Assembly: GCF_009914755.1 (NCBI RefSeq)
Contig: NC_060934.1
Length of the DNA: 64,000 bases
Source of the DNA: the human T2T-CHM13v2.0 reference genome, Homo sapiens
Strand: one strand, 5' to 3'
Position numbers and translations under genes: made by a program. Positions 52,201 to 64,000 of this stretch are shown in pieces. The notes under the pieces were generated by a model. It saw only the letters and a list, made by a program, of their open reading frames with translations, searched no databases and had not been told where the DNA came from. Each line of letters opens with the position of its first letter. The stretch's first letter is position 1.

Positions 52201-54176
52201 CAGAGTTTAACCTTTCTTTAATCGAGCAGTTTGGAAATACACTCTTTGTAAGTCTGCAGGTGGATATTTGGCCCTCTTTGAGCCCTTCGTTGGAAACGGG
52301 ATTTCCTCATATAATGCTAGACAGAAGAATTCTCAGTAACTTCTTTGTGTTGTTTGTATTCAACACACAGATTTGAACCTTCCTTTAGAGAGAGCAGATT
52401 TGAAACACTGTGTTTTTGGAATTTGCAAGTGCAGATTTCAAGCGCCTCTAGGCCTATGGCAGAAAAGGAAATATCTTCGTATAAAAACTACACAGAATCA
52501 TTCTCAACAACTACTTTGTGATGTGTGCGTTCAACTCACAGAGTTTAACCTTTCTTTTCATAGAGCAGTTTGGAAACACTCTGTTTTTAAAGCCTGCAAG
52601 TGCTTTTTTGGACTTCATTGAGGCCTTCGTTGGAAACGGGATTTCTTCATACAACGCTAGACAGAAGAATTCTCAGTAACTTCTTTGTGTTGTGTGTATT
52701 CAACTCACAGAGTTGAACCTTTCTTTAGAGAGAGCAGAGTTGAAACACTCTGTTTTTGGAATTTGCAAGTGCAGATTTCTAGCGATTCTAGGCCTATGGC
52801 AGAAAAGGAAATATCTTCGTATAAAAACTACACAGAATCATTCTCAACAACTACTTTGTGATGTGTGCATTCAACTCACAAAGTTTAACCTTTCTTTTCA
52901 TAGAGCAGTTTGGAAACACTCTGTTTGTAAAGCCTGCAATTGCTTTTTTGGACTTCATTGAGGCCTTCGTTCGAAAGGGGATTTCTTCATATAATGCTAG
53001 ACAGAAGAATTCTCAGTAAATCCTTTGTGTTGTGTGTATTCAACTCACAGAGTGGAACCTTCCTTTATTCAGAGCAGTTTTGAAACACTCTTTTTGTGGA
53101 ATTTGCAAGTGGAGATTTCAAGCGATTTGACGCCAATCATAGACATGGAAATATCTTCATATTAAAAGTACACAGAGTCATTCGTAGAAACTAGTTTGTG
53201 ATGTGTGCCTTCAACTTACAGAGTTTAACCTTTCTTTTCATAGAGCAGTTGGGAAACACTCTATTTGTAAAGTCTGCAAGTGGATATTTGGACCTCTTTG
53301 AGGCCTTCGTTGGAAACGGGATTTCTTCATATAACGCTAGACAGAAGAATTCTCAGTAACTTCTTTGTGTTGTGTGTATTCAACTCACAGAGTTGAACCT
53401 TTCTTTAGAGGGAGCAGAGGTGAAACACTCTTTTTGTGGAATTTGCTAGTGCAGATTTCAAACGCTTCGAAGACAGTGATAGAAAAGGATATATCTTCGT
53501 ATTAAAACTAGACAAAATCATTCTCAGAAAACACTTTCTGATGTGTGTGTTCAACTCACAGAGTTTAACCTTTCTTTAATCGAGCAGTTTGGAAATACAC
53601 TCTTTGTAAGTCTGCAGGTGGATAATTGGCCCTCTTTGAGCCCTTCGTTGGAAACGGGATTTCCTCATATAATTCTAGACAGAAGAATTCTCAGTAACTT
53701 CTTTGTGTTGTTTGTATTCAACTCACAGATTTGAACCTTCCTTTAGAGAGAGCAGATTTGAAACACTCTGTTTTTGGAATTTGCAAGTGCAGATTTCAAG
53801 CGCTTCTAGGCCTATGGCAGAAAAGGAAATATCTTCGTATAAAAACTACACAGAATCATTCTCAACAACTACTTTGTGATGTGTGCGTTCAACTCACAGA
53901 GTTTAACCTTTCTTTTCATAGAGCAGTTTGGAAACATTCTGTTTGTAAAGCCTGCAAGTGCTTTTTTGGACTTCATTGAGGCCTTAGTTGGAAACGGGAT
54001 TTCTTCATATAATGCTAGACAGAAGAATTCTCAGTCACTTCTTTGTGTTGTGTGTATTCAAGTCACAGAGTTGAACCTTCCTTTAGACAGAGCAGTTTTG
54101 AAAAATTCTTTCTGTGGAATTTGCAAGTGGAGATTTCAAGTGATTTGAGGCTAATCTTTGAAATGGAAATATCTTC
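45842..54176 (+). repeat. Tandem triplication of a 2715 bp 16-mer (D-A-B-C-E-A-B-C)
   Basis: Identical ORFs at 46755/49470/52185, 47262/49977/52692 and 48113/50828/53543. Shared variants: GAATATGC, GCGCCTCTA, TTCTAGCG, CGTTCGAAAGGGG, CCTTAGTTGG. Confidence 0.95.
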
Positions 54177-57075
54177 ATGTAAAAACTACACAGAATCATT
54201 CTCAGAAACTGCTTTGTTATCTGTGCGTTCAGTTCACAGAGTTTCACCTTTCTCTTCATAGAGCAGTTTGGAAAGACCCTGTCTGTAAAGTCTGCAAGTG
54301 ATTACTTAGACCCCTTTGAGGCCTTCGTTGGAAGCGGGATTTCTCATTTACTGCTAGACAGAAGAATTCTCAGTAAATCTTTTTGTTGTGTGTATTCAAC
54401 TCACAGAGTGGAACCTTCCTTTATTCAGAGAAGTTTTGAAAAACACTTTTTGTGGAATTTGCAAGTGGAGATTTCAAGCGATTTGACGCCAATCTTAGAC
54501 ATGGAAATATCTTCATATTAAAAGTACACAGAGTCATTCGTAGAAACTAGTTTGTGATGTGTGCCTTCAACTCACAGAGTTTAACCTTTCTTTTCATAGA
54601 GCAGTTTGGAAACACTCTATTTGTAAAGTCTGCAAGTGGATATTTGGACCTCTTTGATTCCTTCGTTGGAAAAGGGATTACTTCATATAACGCTAGACAG
54701 AAGAATTCTCAGTAACTTCTTTGTGTTGTGTGTATTCAACTCACAGATTTGAACCTTTCTTTAGAGAGAGCAGAGTTGAAACACTCTTTTTGTGGAATTT
54801 GCTAGTGCAGATTTCAAACGCTTCGACGACAGTGATAGAAAAGGATATATCTTCGTATTAAAACTAGACAAAATCATTCTCAGAAAACACTTTGTGATGT
54901 GTGTGTTCAACTCACAGAGTTTAACCTCTCTTTATTCGAGCAGTTTGGAAATACACTCTTTGTAAGTCTGCAGGTGGATAATTGGCCCTCTTTGAGCCCT
55001 TCGTTGGAAACGGGATTTCCTCATATAATGCTAGACAGAAGAATTCTCAGTAACTTCTTTGTGTTGTTTGTATTCAACTCACAGATTTGAACTTTCCTTT
55101 AGAGAGAGCAGATTTGAAACACTCTGTTTTTGGAATTTGCAAGTGCAGATTTCAAGCGCTTCTAGGTCTACGGCAGAAAAGGAAATATCTTCGTATAAAA
55201 ACTACACAGATTCATTCTCAACAACTACTTTGTGATGTGTGCGTTGAACTCACTGAGTTTAACCTTTCTTTTCATAGAGCAGTTTGGAAACACTCTGTTT
55301 GTAAAGCCTGCAAGTGCTTTTTTGGCCTTCATTGAGGCCTTCGTTGGAAACGGGATTTCTTCATATAATGCTAGACAGAAGAATTCTCAGTCACTTCTTT
55401 GTGTTGTGGTATTCAAGTCACAGAGTTGAAATTTCCTTTAGACAGAGCGGTTTGGAAAAACTCTTTCTGTGGAATTTGCAAGTGGAGATTTCAAGCGATT
55501 TGAGGCTAATCTTTGAAATGGAAATATCTTCGTGTAAAAACTACACAGAATCATTCTCAGAAACTGATTTGTTATCTCTGCGTTCAGTTCACAGAGTTTC
55601 ACCTTTCTCTTCATAGAGCAGTTTGGAAAGACTCTGTCTGTGAAGTCTGCAAGTGATTAGTTAAACCCCTTTGAGGACTTCGTTGGAAGCGGGATTTCTC
55701 ATTTACTGCTAGACAGAAGAATTCTCAGTAAATCCTTTGTGTTGTGTGTATTCAACTCACAGAGTGGAACCTTCCTTTATTCAGAGAAGTTTTGAAAAAC
55801 ACTTTTTGTGGAATTTGCAAGTGGAGATTTCAAGCGATTTGACACCAATCTTAGACATGGAAATATGTTCATATTAAAAGTACACAGAGTCATTCGTAGA
55901 AACTAGTTTGTGATGTGTGCCTTCAACTCACAGAGTTTAACCTTTCTTTTTATAGAGCCGTTCGGAAATACTCTATTTGTAAAGCCTGCAAGTTGATATT
56001 TGGACCTCTTTGAGGCCTTCGTTGGAAACGGGATTTCTTCATATAACGCTAGACAGAAGAATTCTCAGTAACTTCTTTGTGTTGTGTGTATTCAACTCAC
56101 AGAGTTGAACCTTTCTTTTGAGAGAGTAGAGTTGAAACACTCTTTTTGTGGAATTTGCTAGTGCAGATTTCAAACGCTTCGAAGACAGTGATAGAAAAGG
56201 ATATATCTTCGTATTAAAACTAGACAAAATCATTCTCAGAAAACACTTTCTGATGTGTGTGTTCAACTCACAGAGTTTAACCTTTCTTTAATCGAGCAGT
56301 TTGGAAATACACTCTTTGTAAGTCTGCAGGTGGATAATTGTCCCTCTTTGAGCCCTTCGTTGGAAACGGGATTTCCTCATATAATGCTAGACAGAAGAAT
56401 TCTCAGTAACTTCTTTGTGTTGTTTGTATTCAACTCACAGATTTGAACCTTCCTTTAGAGAGAGCAGATTTGAAACACTCTGTTTTTGGAATTTGCAAGC
56501 GCAGATTTGAAGCGCTTCTAGGCCTATGGCAGAAAAGGAAATATCTTCGTATAAAAACTACACAGAATCATTCTCAACAACTACTTTGTGATGTGTGCGT
56601 TCAACTCACAGAGTTTAACCTTTCTTTTCATAGAGCAGTTTGGAAACACTCTGTTTGTAAAGCCTGCAAGTGCTTTTTTGGACTTCATTGAGGCCTTAGT
56701 TGGAAACGGGATTTCTTCATATAATGCTAGACAGAAGAATTCTCAGTCACTTCTTTGTGTTGTGTGTATTCAAGTCACAGAGTTGAACCTTCCTTTAGAC
56801 AGAGCAGTTTTGAAAAATTCTTTCTGTGGAATTTGCAAGTGGAGATTTCAAGTGATTTGAGGCTAATCTTTGAAATGGAAATATCTTCATGTAAAAACTA
56901 CACAGAACCATTCTCAGAAACTGCTTTGTTATCTGTGCGTTCAGTTCACAGAGTTTCACCTTTCTCTTCATAGAGCAGTTTGGAAAGACCCTGTCTGTAA
57001 AGTCTGCAAGTGATTAGTTAGACCCCTTTGAGGCCTTCGTTGGAAGCGGGATTTCTCATTTACTGCTAGACAGAA

Positions 57076-60000
57076 GAATTCTCAGTAAATCTTTTTGTTG
57101 TGTGTATTCAACTCACAGAGTGGAACCTTCCTTTATTCAGAGAAGTTTTGAAACACTCTTTTTGTGGAATTTGCAAGTGGAGATTTCAAGAGATTTGACG
57201 GCAATCTTAGACATGGAAATATCTTCATATTAAAAGTACACAGAATCATTCGTAGAAACTAGTTTGTGATGTGTGCCTTCAACTCACAGAGTTTAACCTT
57301 TCTTTTCATAGAGTAGTTTGGAAACACTCTATTTGTAAAGTCTGCAAGTGGATATTTGGACCTCTTTGATTCCTTCGTTGGAAAAGGGATTTCTTCATAT
57401 AACGCTAGACAGAAGAATTCTCAGTAGCTTCTTTGTGTTGTGTGTATTGAACTCACAGAGTTGAACCTTTCTTTAGAGAGAGCAGAGTTGAAACACTTTT
57501 TGTGGAATTTGCTAGTGCAGATTTCAAACGCTTCTAAGATAGTGATAGAAAAGGATATATCTTCGTATTAAAACTAGACAAAATCATTCTCAGAAAACAC
57601 TTTGTGATGTGTGTGTTCAACTCACAGAGTTTAACCTTTCTTTAATCGAGCAGTTTGGAAATACACTCTTTGTAAGTCTGCAGGTGGATAATTGGCCCTC
57701 TTTGAGCCGTTCGTTGGAAACGGGATTTCCTCATATCATGGTAGACAGAAGAATTCTCAGTAACTTCTTTGTGTTGTTTGTATTCAACTCACAGATTTGA
57801 ACCTTCGTTTAGAGAGAGCAGATTTGAAACACTCTGTTTCTGGAATTTGCAAGGGCAGATTCCAAGCGCTTCTAGGCCTATGGCAGAAAAGGAAATATCT
57901 TCGTATAAAAACTACACAGAATCATTCTCAGGAACTACTTTCTGATGTGTGCGTTCAACACACGGAGTTTAACCTTTCTTTTCATAGAGCAGTTTGGAAA
58001 CACTCTGTTTGTAAAGTCTGCAAGTGCTTATTTGGACCTCTTTGAGGCCTTCGTTGGAAACGTGATTTCTTCATATAATGCTAGGCAGAAGAATTATCAG
58101 TCACTTCTTTGTGTTGTGTGTATTCAAGTCACAGAGTTGAACCTTCCTTTAGACAGAGCAGTTTTGAAAAACTCTTTCTGTGGAATTTGCAAGTGGAGAT
58201 TTCAAGCGATTTGAGGTCAATCTTTGAGATGGAAATATCTTCTGTGAAAACTACACAGAATCATTCTCAGAAATTGCTTTGTGATGTCTGCGTTCAGCTT
58301 ACAGAGTTTCACCTTTCTTTTTATAGAGCAGTTTGGAAAGACTCTGTCTGTAAAGTATGCAAGTGAATACTTGGACCCCTTTGTGTATTTCGTTGGAAGA
58401 GGGATTTTTTCATTTACTGCTAGACAGAAGAATTCTCAGTAAATCCTTTGTGTTGTGTGAATTCAACTCACAGAGTTGAACCTTCCCTTATTCAGAGCAG
58501 TTTTGAAACACTCTTTTTGTGGAATTTCCAGGTGGAGATTTCAAGAGATTTGACGCCTATCTTAGACATGGAAATATCTTCGTATTAAAACTACAGAGTC
58601 ATTCGTAGAAACTAGTTTGTGATGTGTGCCTTCAACTCACAGAGTTTAACCTTTCTTTTCATAGAGCAGTCTGGAAACACTCTGTTTGTAAAGTCTGCAA
58701 GTGGATATTTGGACCTCTTTGAGGACTCAGTTGGAAACGGGATTTCTTCATATAACGCTAGACAGAAGAATTCTCATTAACTTCTTTGTGTTGTGTGCAT
58801 TCAACTCACAGAGTTGAAACTTTCTTTAGAGAGAGCAGATTTGAAACACTCTTTTTGTGGAATTTGCTAGTGCAGATATCAAACGCTTCGAGGACAATGG
58901 CAGAAAAGGTTATATCTTCATATTAAAATTAGACAAAATCATTCTCAGAATACACTTTGTGATGTGTGTGTTCAACTCACAGAATTTAACATTCCTTTAA
59001 TCGAGCAGTTAGGAAACACTCTCTTTGTAAAGTCTGCAAGTGGATAATTGGCCGTCTTTGAGCCCTTCGGTGGAAACGGGATTTCCTCATATAATGCTAG
59101 ACAGAAGAATTCTCAGTAACTTCTTTGTGTTGTTTGTATTCAACTCAGAGATTTGAACATTCCCTTGGAGAGAGCAGATTTGAAAAACTCTTTTTTTGGT
59201 ATTTGCAAGTACAGATTTCAAGCGCTTCTAGGCCTATGGCAGAAAAGGAAATATCTTCGTATAAAAACTACACAGAATCATTCTCAACAACTACTTTGTG
59301 ATGTGAGCGTTTAACTCACAGAGTTTAACCTTTCTTTTCATAGAGCACTTTGGAAAGACTCTGTCTGTAAAGTCTGCAAGTGCTTATTTGGACTTCTTTG
59401 AGGCCTTCGTTGGAAACGGGATTTCTTCATATAACGCTAGACAGAAGAATTCTCATTTACTTCTTTGTGTTGTGTGCATTCAACTCACAGAGTTGAAACT
59501 TTCTTTAGAGAGAGAAGATTTGAAACACCCTTTCTGTGGAGTTTGCTAGTGCAGATTTCAAACGCTTCGAGGACAATGGTAGAAAAGGATGTATCTTCGT
59601 ATTAAAACTAGACAAAATCATTCTCAGAATACACTTTGTGATGTGTGTGTTCAACTTACAGAGTTTAACCTTTCTTTAATAGAGCAGTTTGGAAACACTC
59701 TCTTTGTAAAGTCTCCAAGTGGATAATTGGCCCTCTTTGAGCCCTTCGTTGGAAACGGGTTTTCCTCATATCATGCTAGACAGAAGAATTCTCAGTAACT
59801 TCTTTGTGTTGTTTGTATTCAACTCACAGATTTCAACCTTCCTTTAGAGAGAGCAGATTTAAAACACTCTTTTTTTGGTATTTGCAAGTGCAGATTCCAA
59901 GCGCTTCTAGGCCTATGGCAGAAAAGGAAATATCTTCTTATAAAAACAACACAGAATCATTCTCAGGAACTACTTTCTGATGTGTGCGTTCAACACACGG

Positions 60001-60803
60001 AGTTTAACCTTTCTTTTCATAGAGCAGTTTGGAAACACTCTGTTTGTAAAGTCTGCAAGTGCATATTTGGACCTCTTTGAAGCGTTCGTTGGAAACGTGA
60101 TTTCTTCATATAATGCTAGGCAGAAGAATTCTCAGTCACTTCTTGTGTTGTGTGTATCTAAGTCACAGAGTTGAACCTTCCTTTAGACAGAGCAGTTTTG
60201 AGAAATTCTTTCTGTGGAATTTGCAAGTGGAGATTTCAAGCGATTTGAGGCTAATCTTTGAAATGGAAATATCTTCGTGTAAAAACTACACAGAATCATT
60301 CTCAGACACTGCTTTGTTATCTGTGCGTTCAGTTCACAGAGTTTCACCTTTCTGTTCATAGAGCAGTTTGGAAAGACTCTGTCTGTAAAGTCTGCAAGTG
60401 ATTAGTTAGACCCCTTTGAGGTCTTCGTTGGAAGAGGGATTTCTCATTTACTGCTAGACAGAAGAATTCTCAGTAAATCCTTTGTGTTGTGTGTATTCAA
60501 CTCACAGAGTGGAAACTTCCTTTATTCAGAGCAGTTTTGAAACACTCTTTTTGTGGAATTTGCAAGTGGAGATTTCAAGCGATTTGACGCCAATCTTAGA
60601 CATGGAAATATCTTCATATTAAAAGTACACAGAGTCATTCGTAGAAACTAGTTTGTGAAGTGTGCCTTCAGCTCACAGAGTTTAACCTTTCTTTTCATAA
60701 AGCAGTTTGGAAACACTCTATTTGTAAAATCTGCAAGTGGATATTTGGACCTCTTTGAGGCCTTCGTTGGTAACGGGATTTCTTCATATAACGCTAGACA
60801 GAA
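57076..60803 (+). repeat. Divergent sister-HOR block, copy 2 (offset ~26129 bp from copy 1)
   Basis: ORF pairs 31480/57609, 31816/57945 and 33852/59980. It has the same dimer order and diagnostic variants as 30946-34676. Confidence 0.88.
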
Positions 60804-61599
60804 GAATTCTCAGTAACTTCTTTGTGTTATGTGTATTCAACTCACAGAGTTGAACCTTTCTTGAGAGAGAGCAGAGGTGAAACACTCTTTTTGTGGAATT
60901 TGCTAGTGCAGATTTCAAAAGCTTCGAAGACAGTGATAGAAAAGGATATATCTTCGCATTAAAACTAGACAAAATCATTCTCAGAAAACTCTTTGTGATG
61001 TGTGTGTTCAACTCACAGAGTTTAACATTTCTTTAATCGAGCAATTTGGAAATACACTCTTTGTAAGTCTGTAGGTGGATAATTGGCCCTCTTTGAGCCC
61101 TTCGTTGGAAACGGGATTTCCTCATATAATGCTAGACAGAAGAATTCTCAGTAACTTCTTTGTGTTGTTAGTATTCAACCCACAGATTTGAACCTTCCTT
61201 TAGAGAGAGCAGATTTGAGACACTCTGTTTTTGGAATTTGCAAGTGCAGATTTCATGCGCTTCTAGGCCTATGGCAGAAAAGGAAATATCTTCGTATAAA
61301 AACTACACAGAATCATTCTCAACAACTACTTTGTGATGTGTGCGTTCAACTCACAGAGTTTAACCTTTCTTTTTATAGAGCAGTTTGGAAACACTCTGTT
61401 TGTAAAGCCTGCAAGTGCTTTTTTAGACTTCATTGAGGCCTTCGTTGGAAACGGGATTTCTTCATATAATGCTAGACAGAAGAATTCTCAATCACTTCTT
61501 TGTGTTGTGTGTATTCAAGTAACAGAGTTGAACCTTCCTTTAGACAGAGCAGTTTTGAAAAATTCTTTCTGTGGAATTTGCAAGTGGAGATTTCAAGCG

Positions 61600-64000
61600 A
61601 TTTGAGGCTAATCTTTGAAATGGAAATATCTTCGTATAAAAACTACACAGAATCATTCTCAGAAACTGCTTTGTTATCTGTGCGTTCAGTTCACAGACTT
61701 TCACTTTTCTCTTCATAGAGCAGTTTGGAAAGACTCTGTCTGTAAAGTCTGCAAGTGATTAGTTAGACCTCTTTGAGGCCTTCGTTGGAAGCGGGATGTC
61801 TCATTTACTGCTAGACAGAAGAATTCTCAGTAAATCCTTTGTGTTGTGTGTATTCAACTCACAGAGTGGAACCTTCCTTTATTCAGAGCAGTTTTGAAAC
61901 ACCCTTTTTGTGGAATTTGCAAGTGGAGATTTCAAGAGATTTGACGCCAATCTTAGACATGGAAATATCTTCATATTAAAAGTACACAGAGTCATTCGTA
62001 GAAACTAGTTTGTGATGTGTGCCTTCAACTCACAGAGTTTAACCTTTCTTTTCATAGAGCAGTTTGGAAACACTCTATTTGTAAAGTCTGCAACTGGATA
62101 TTTGGACCTCTTTGATTCCTTCGTTGGAAAAGGGATTTCTTCATATAACGCTAGACAGAAGAATTCTCAGTAGCTTCTTTGTGTTGTGTGTATTCAACTC
62201 ACAGAGTTGAACGTTTCTTTAGAGAGAGCAGAGTTGAAACACTTTTTGTGGAATTTGCTAGTGCAGATTTCAAACGCTTCGAAGACAGTGATAGAAAAGG
62301 ATATATCTTCGTATTAAAACTAGACAAAATCATTCTCAGAAAACACTTTGTGATGTGTGTGTTCAACTCACAGAGTTTAACCTTTCTTTAATCGAGCAGT
62401 TTGGAAATACACTCTTTGTAAGTCTGCAGGTGGATAATTGGCCCTCTTTGAGCCGTTCGTTGGAAACGGGATTTCCTCATATAATGCTAGACAGAAGAAT
62501 TCTCAGTAACTTCTTTGTGTTGTTTGTATTCAACTCACAGAGTGGAACCTTCCTTTATTCAGAGCAGTTTTGAAACACTCTTTTTGTGGAATTTCCAGGT
62601 GGAGATTTCAAGAGATTTGACGCCTATCTTAGAGATGGAAATATCTTCGTATTAAAAGTACACAGAGTCATTCGCAGAAACTAGTTTGTGATGTGTGCCT
62701 TCAACTCACAGAGTTTAACCTTTCTTTTCATAGAGCAGTCTGGAAACACTCTGTTTGTAAAGTCTGCAGGTGGATATTTGGACCTCTTTGAGGACTCAGT
62801 TGGAAACGGGATTTCTTCATATAAAGCTAGACAGAAGAATTCTCATTAACTTCTTTGTGTTGTGTGCATTCAACTCACAGAGTTGAAACTTTCTTTAGAG
62901 AGAGCAGATTTGAAACACTCTTTCTGTGGAATTTGCTAGTGCAGATATCAAACGCTTCGAGGAAAATGGCAGAAAAGGTTATATCTTCATATTAAAATTA
63001 GACAAAATCATTCTCAGAATACACTTTGTGATGTGTGTGTTCAACTCACAGAGTTTAACATTCCTTTAATCGAGCAGTTAGGAAACAATCTCTTTGTAAA
63101 GTCTGCAAGTGGATAATTGGCCGTCTTTGAGCCCTTCGGTGGAAACGGGATTTCCTCATATAATGCTAGACAGAAGAATTCTCAGTAACTTCTTCGTGTT
63201 GTTTGTATTCAACTCAGAGATTTGAACCTTCCTTTGGAGAGAGCAGATTTGAGAAACTCTTTTTTTGGTATTTGCAAGTACAGATTTCAAGCGCTCCTAG
63301 GCCTATGGCAGAAAAGGAAATATCTTTGTATAAAAACTACACAGAATCATTCTCAACAACTACTTTGTGATGTGAGCGTTCAACTCACAGAGTTTAACCT
63401 TTCTTTTCATAGAGCACTTTGGAAAGACACTGTCTGTAAAGTCTGCAAGTGCTTATTTGGACTTCTTTGAGGCCTTCGTTGGAAACGGGATTTCTTCATA
63501 TAACGCTAGACAGAATTCTCATTTACTTCTTTGTGTTGTGTGCATTCAACTCACAGAGTTGAAACTTTCTTTAGGGAGAGCAGATTTGAAACACCCTTTC
63601 TGTGGAGTTTGCTAGTGCAGATTTCAAACGCTTCGAGGACAATGGTAGAAAAGGATATATCTTCGTATTAAAACTAGACAAAATCATTCTCAGAATACAC
63701 TTTGTGATGTGTGTGTTCAACTTACAGAGTTTAACCTTTCTTTAATCGAGCAGTTTGGAAACACTCTCTTTGTAAATTCTCCCAGTGGATAATTGGCCCT
63801 CTTTGAGCCCTTCGTTGGAAACGGGATTTCCTCATATAATGCTAGACAGAAGAATTCTCAGTAACTTCTTTGTGTTGTTTGTATTCAACTCACAGATTTC
63901 AACCTTCCTTTAGAGAGAGCAGATTTGAAACACTCTTTTTTTTGGTATTTGCAAGTGCAGATTCCAAGCGCTTCTAGGCCTATGGCAGAAAAGGAAATAT
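61600..64000 (+). repeat. Divergent sister-HOR block, copy 3 (lacks C*-D*, has a C/A hybrid junction; runs off the window end)
   Basis: ORF pairs 31304/62179 (+30875) and 33025/63222 (+30197); the 678 bp difference equals two missing dimers. It shares GAGGACTCAG, GAATTCTCATT, GATATCAAAC, GTTAGGAAAC and GTGAGCG. Confidence 0.85.

Larger units (their letters stand above)
1..64000 (+). repeat. Centromeric alpha satellite HOR array, SF1 dimeric type, most likely human chromosome 10 D10Z1 (S1C10H1)
   Basis: Alphoid motifs occur throughout (CATTCTCAGAAAC, TTCAACTCACAGAGTT, AGAGCAGTTTGGAAACACTCT, GGAAATATCTTC). An EcoRI site GAATTC recurs about every 340 bp (62, 1418, 1758, 2096, 2436, 2775...), with a CENP-B box once per dimer. 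The 1357 bp 8-mer has one RsaI (AAAGTACAC) and one PstI (GTCTGCAGG) site and coexists with a 1019 bp 6-mer, as recalled for D10Z1. The alpha satellite/SF1 call is near certain; the chr10 assignment is less so (about 0.8). Confidence 0.97.

Noticed and set aside
13-63470. All listed 60-100 aa ORFs (e.g. MNLPLERADLKHSVFGICKCRFQ..., MCVQLTEFNLSLIEQFG...)
   Set aside because: They recur with the satellite period, overlap in several frames and often start at GTG/TTG. They are broken freely by stops and indels and show no recognisable domain. The Cys-rich appearance comes from TGTG tracts.
63505-63522. 3 bp deletion GACAGAATTC (normally GACAGAAGAATTC) and T-run expansion near 63936
   Set aside because: Isolated simple slippage changes seen once each, with no structural implication.
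1-64000. CRISPR-like repeat/spacer array (conserved motif at regular spacing)
   Set aside because: The intervening sequence is itself repetitive alphoid DNA rather than unique spacers, and there are no cas genes.
1-64000. L1/Alu insertion or inversion inside the array
   Set aside because: I saw no poly-A tail, target-site duplication, GC-rich segment or reverse-oriented monomer (e.g. TCCCGTTTCCAACGAAG on the + strand). The dimer phase appears continuous.
1-64000. Alternative assignment to other SF1 arrays (chr12 D12Z3 8-mer, chr7 6-mer, chr1/5/19 dimer)
   Set aside because: The coexisting 8-mer and 6-mer with RsaI/PstI periodicity fit recalled D10Z1 better. This is not formally excluded without alignment to HOR consensuses.
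1-64000. Simulated Markov-model centromere sequence (GRCh38-style reference model)
   Set aside because: Multi-kilobase linked rare variants (8826, 2715 and 3394 bp offsets) are not expected from a short-order monomer chain. This looks like a real linear assembly.

Overview
The whole 64 kb is uninterrupted, single-orientation primate (almost certainly human) centromeric alpha satellite of the dimeric suprachromosomal family 1 (SF1): ~170 bp monomers in ~340 bp EcoRI dimers, with a CENP-B box in every second monomer. The base higher-order repeat (HOR) is a 1357 bp 8-mer of four dimers, which I label A (340 bp), B (338), C (340) and D (339). It carries one RsaI and one PstI site and coexists with a 1019 bp 6-mer, which best fits the chromosome 10 array D10Z1 (S1C10H1); this assignment is from recalled knowledge, not a search. 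I found no credible protein-coding gene, RNA gene, transposon insertion or inversion, and all listed ORFs are artefacts of the repeat. I also found no new gene-based system. The interest lies in the layered architecture: a hybrid B/C dimer (E) in two lineages; 4-, 6-, 12- and 16-mer variants; an 8826 bp (52-mer) near-perfect tandem duplication; a 2715 bp triplication; dispersed duplications; and three interspersed copies of a more divergent, CENP-B-box-poor sister HOR block. Several rearrangement junctions map at or next to CENP-B boxes. Boundaries were read by eye and are approximate to a few tens of bp.
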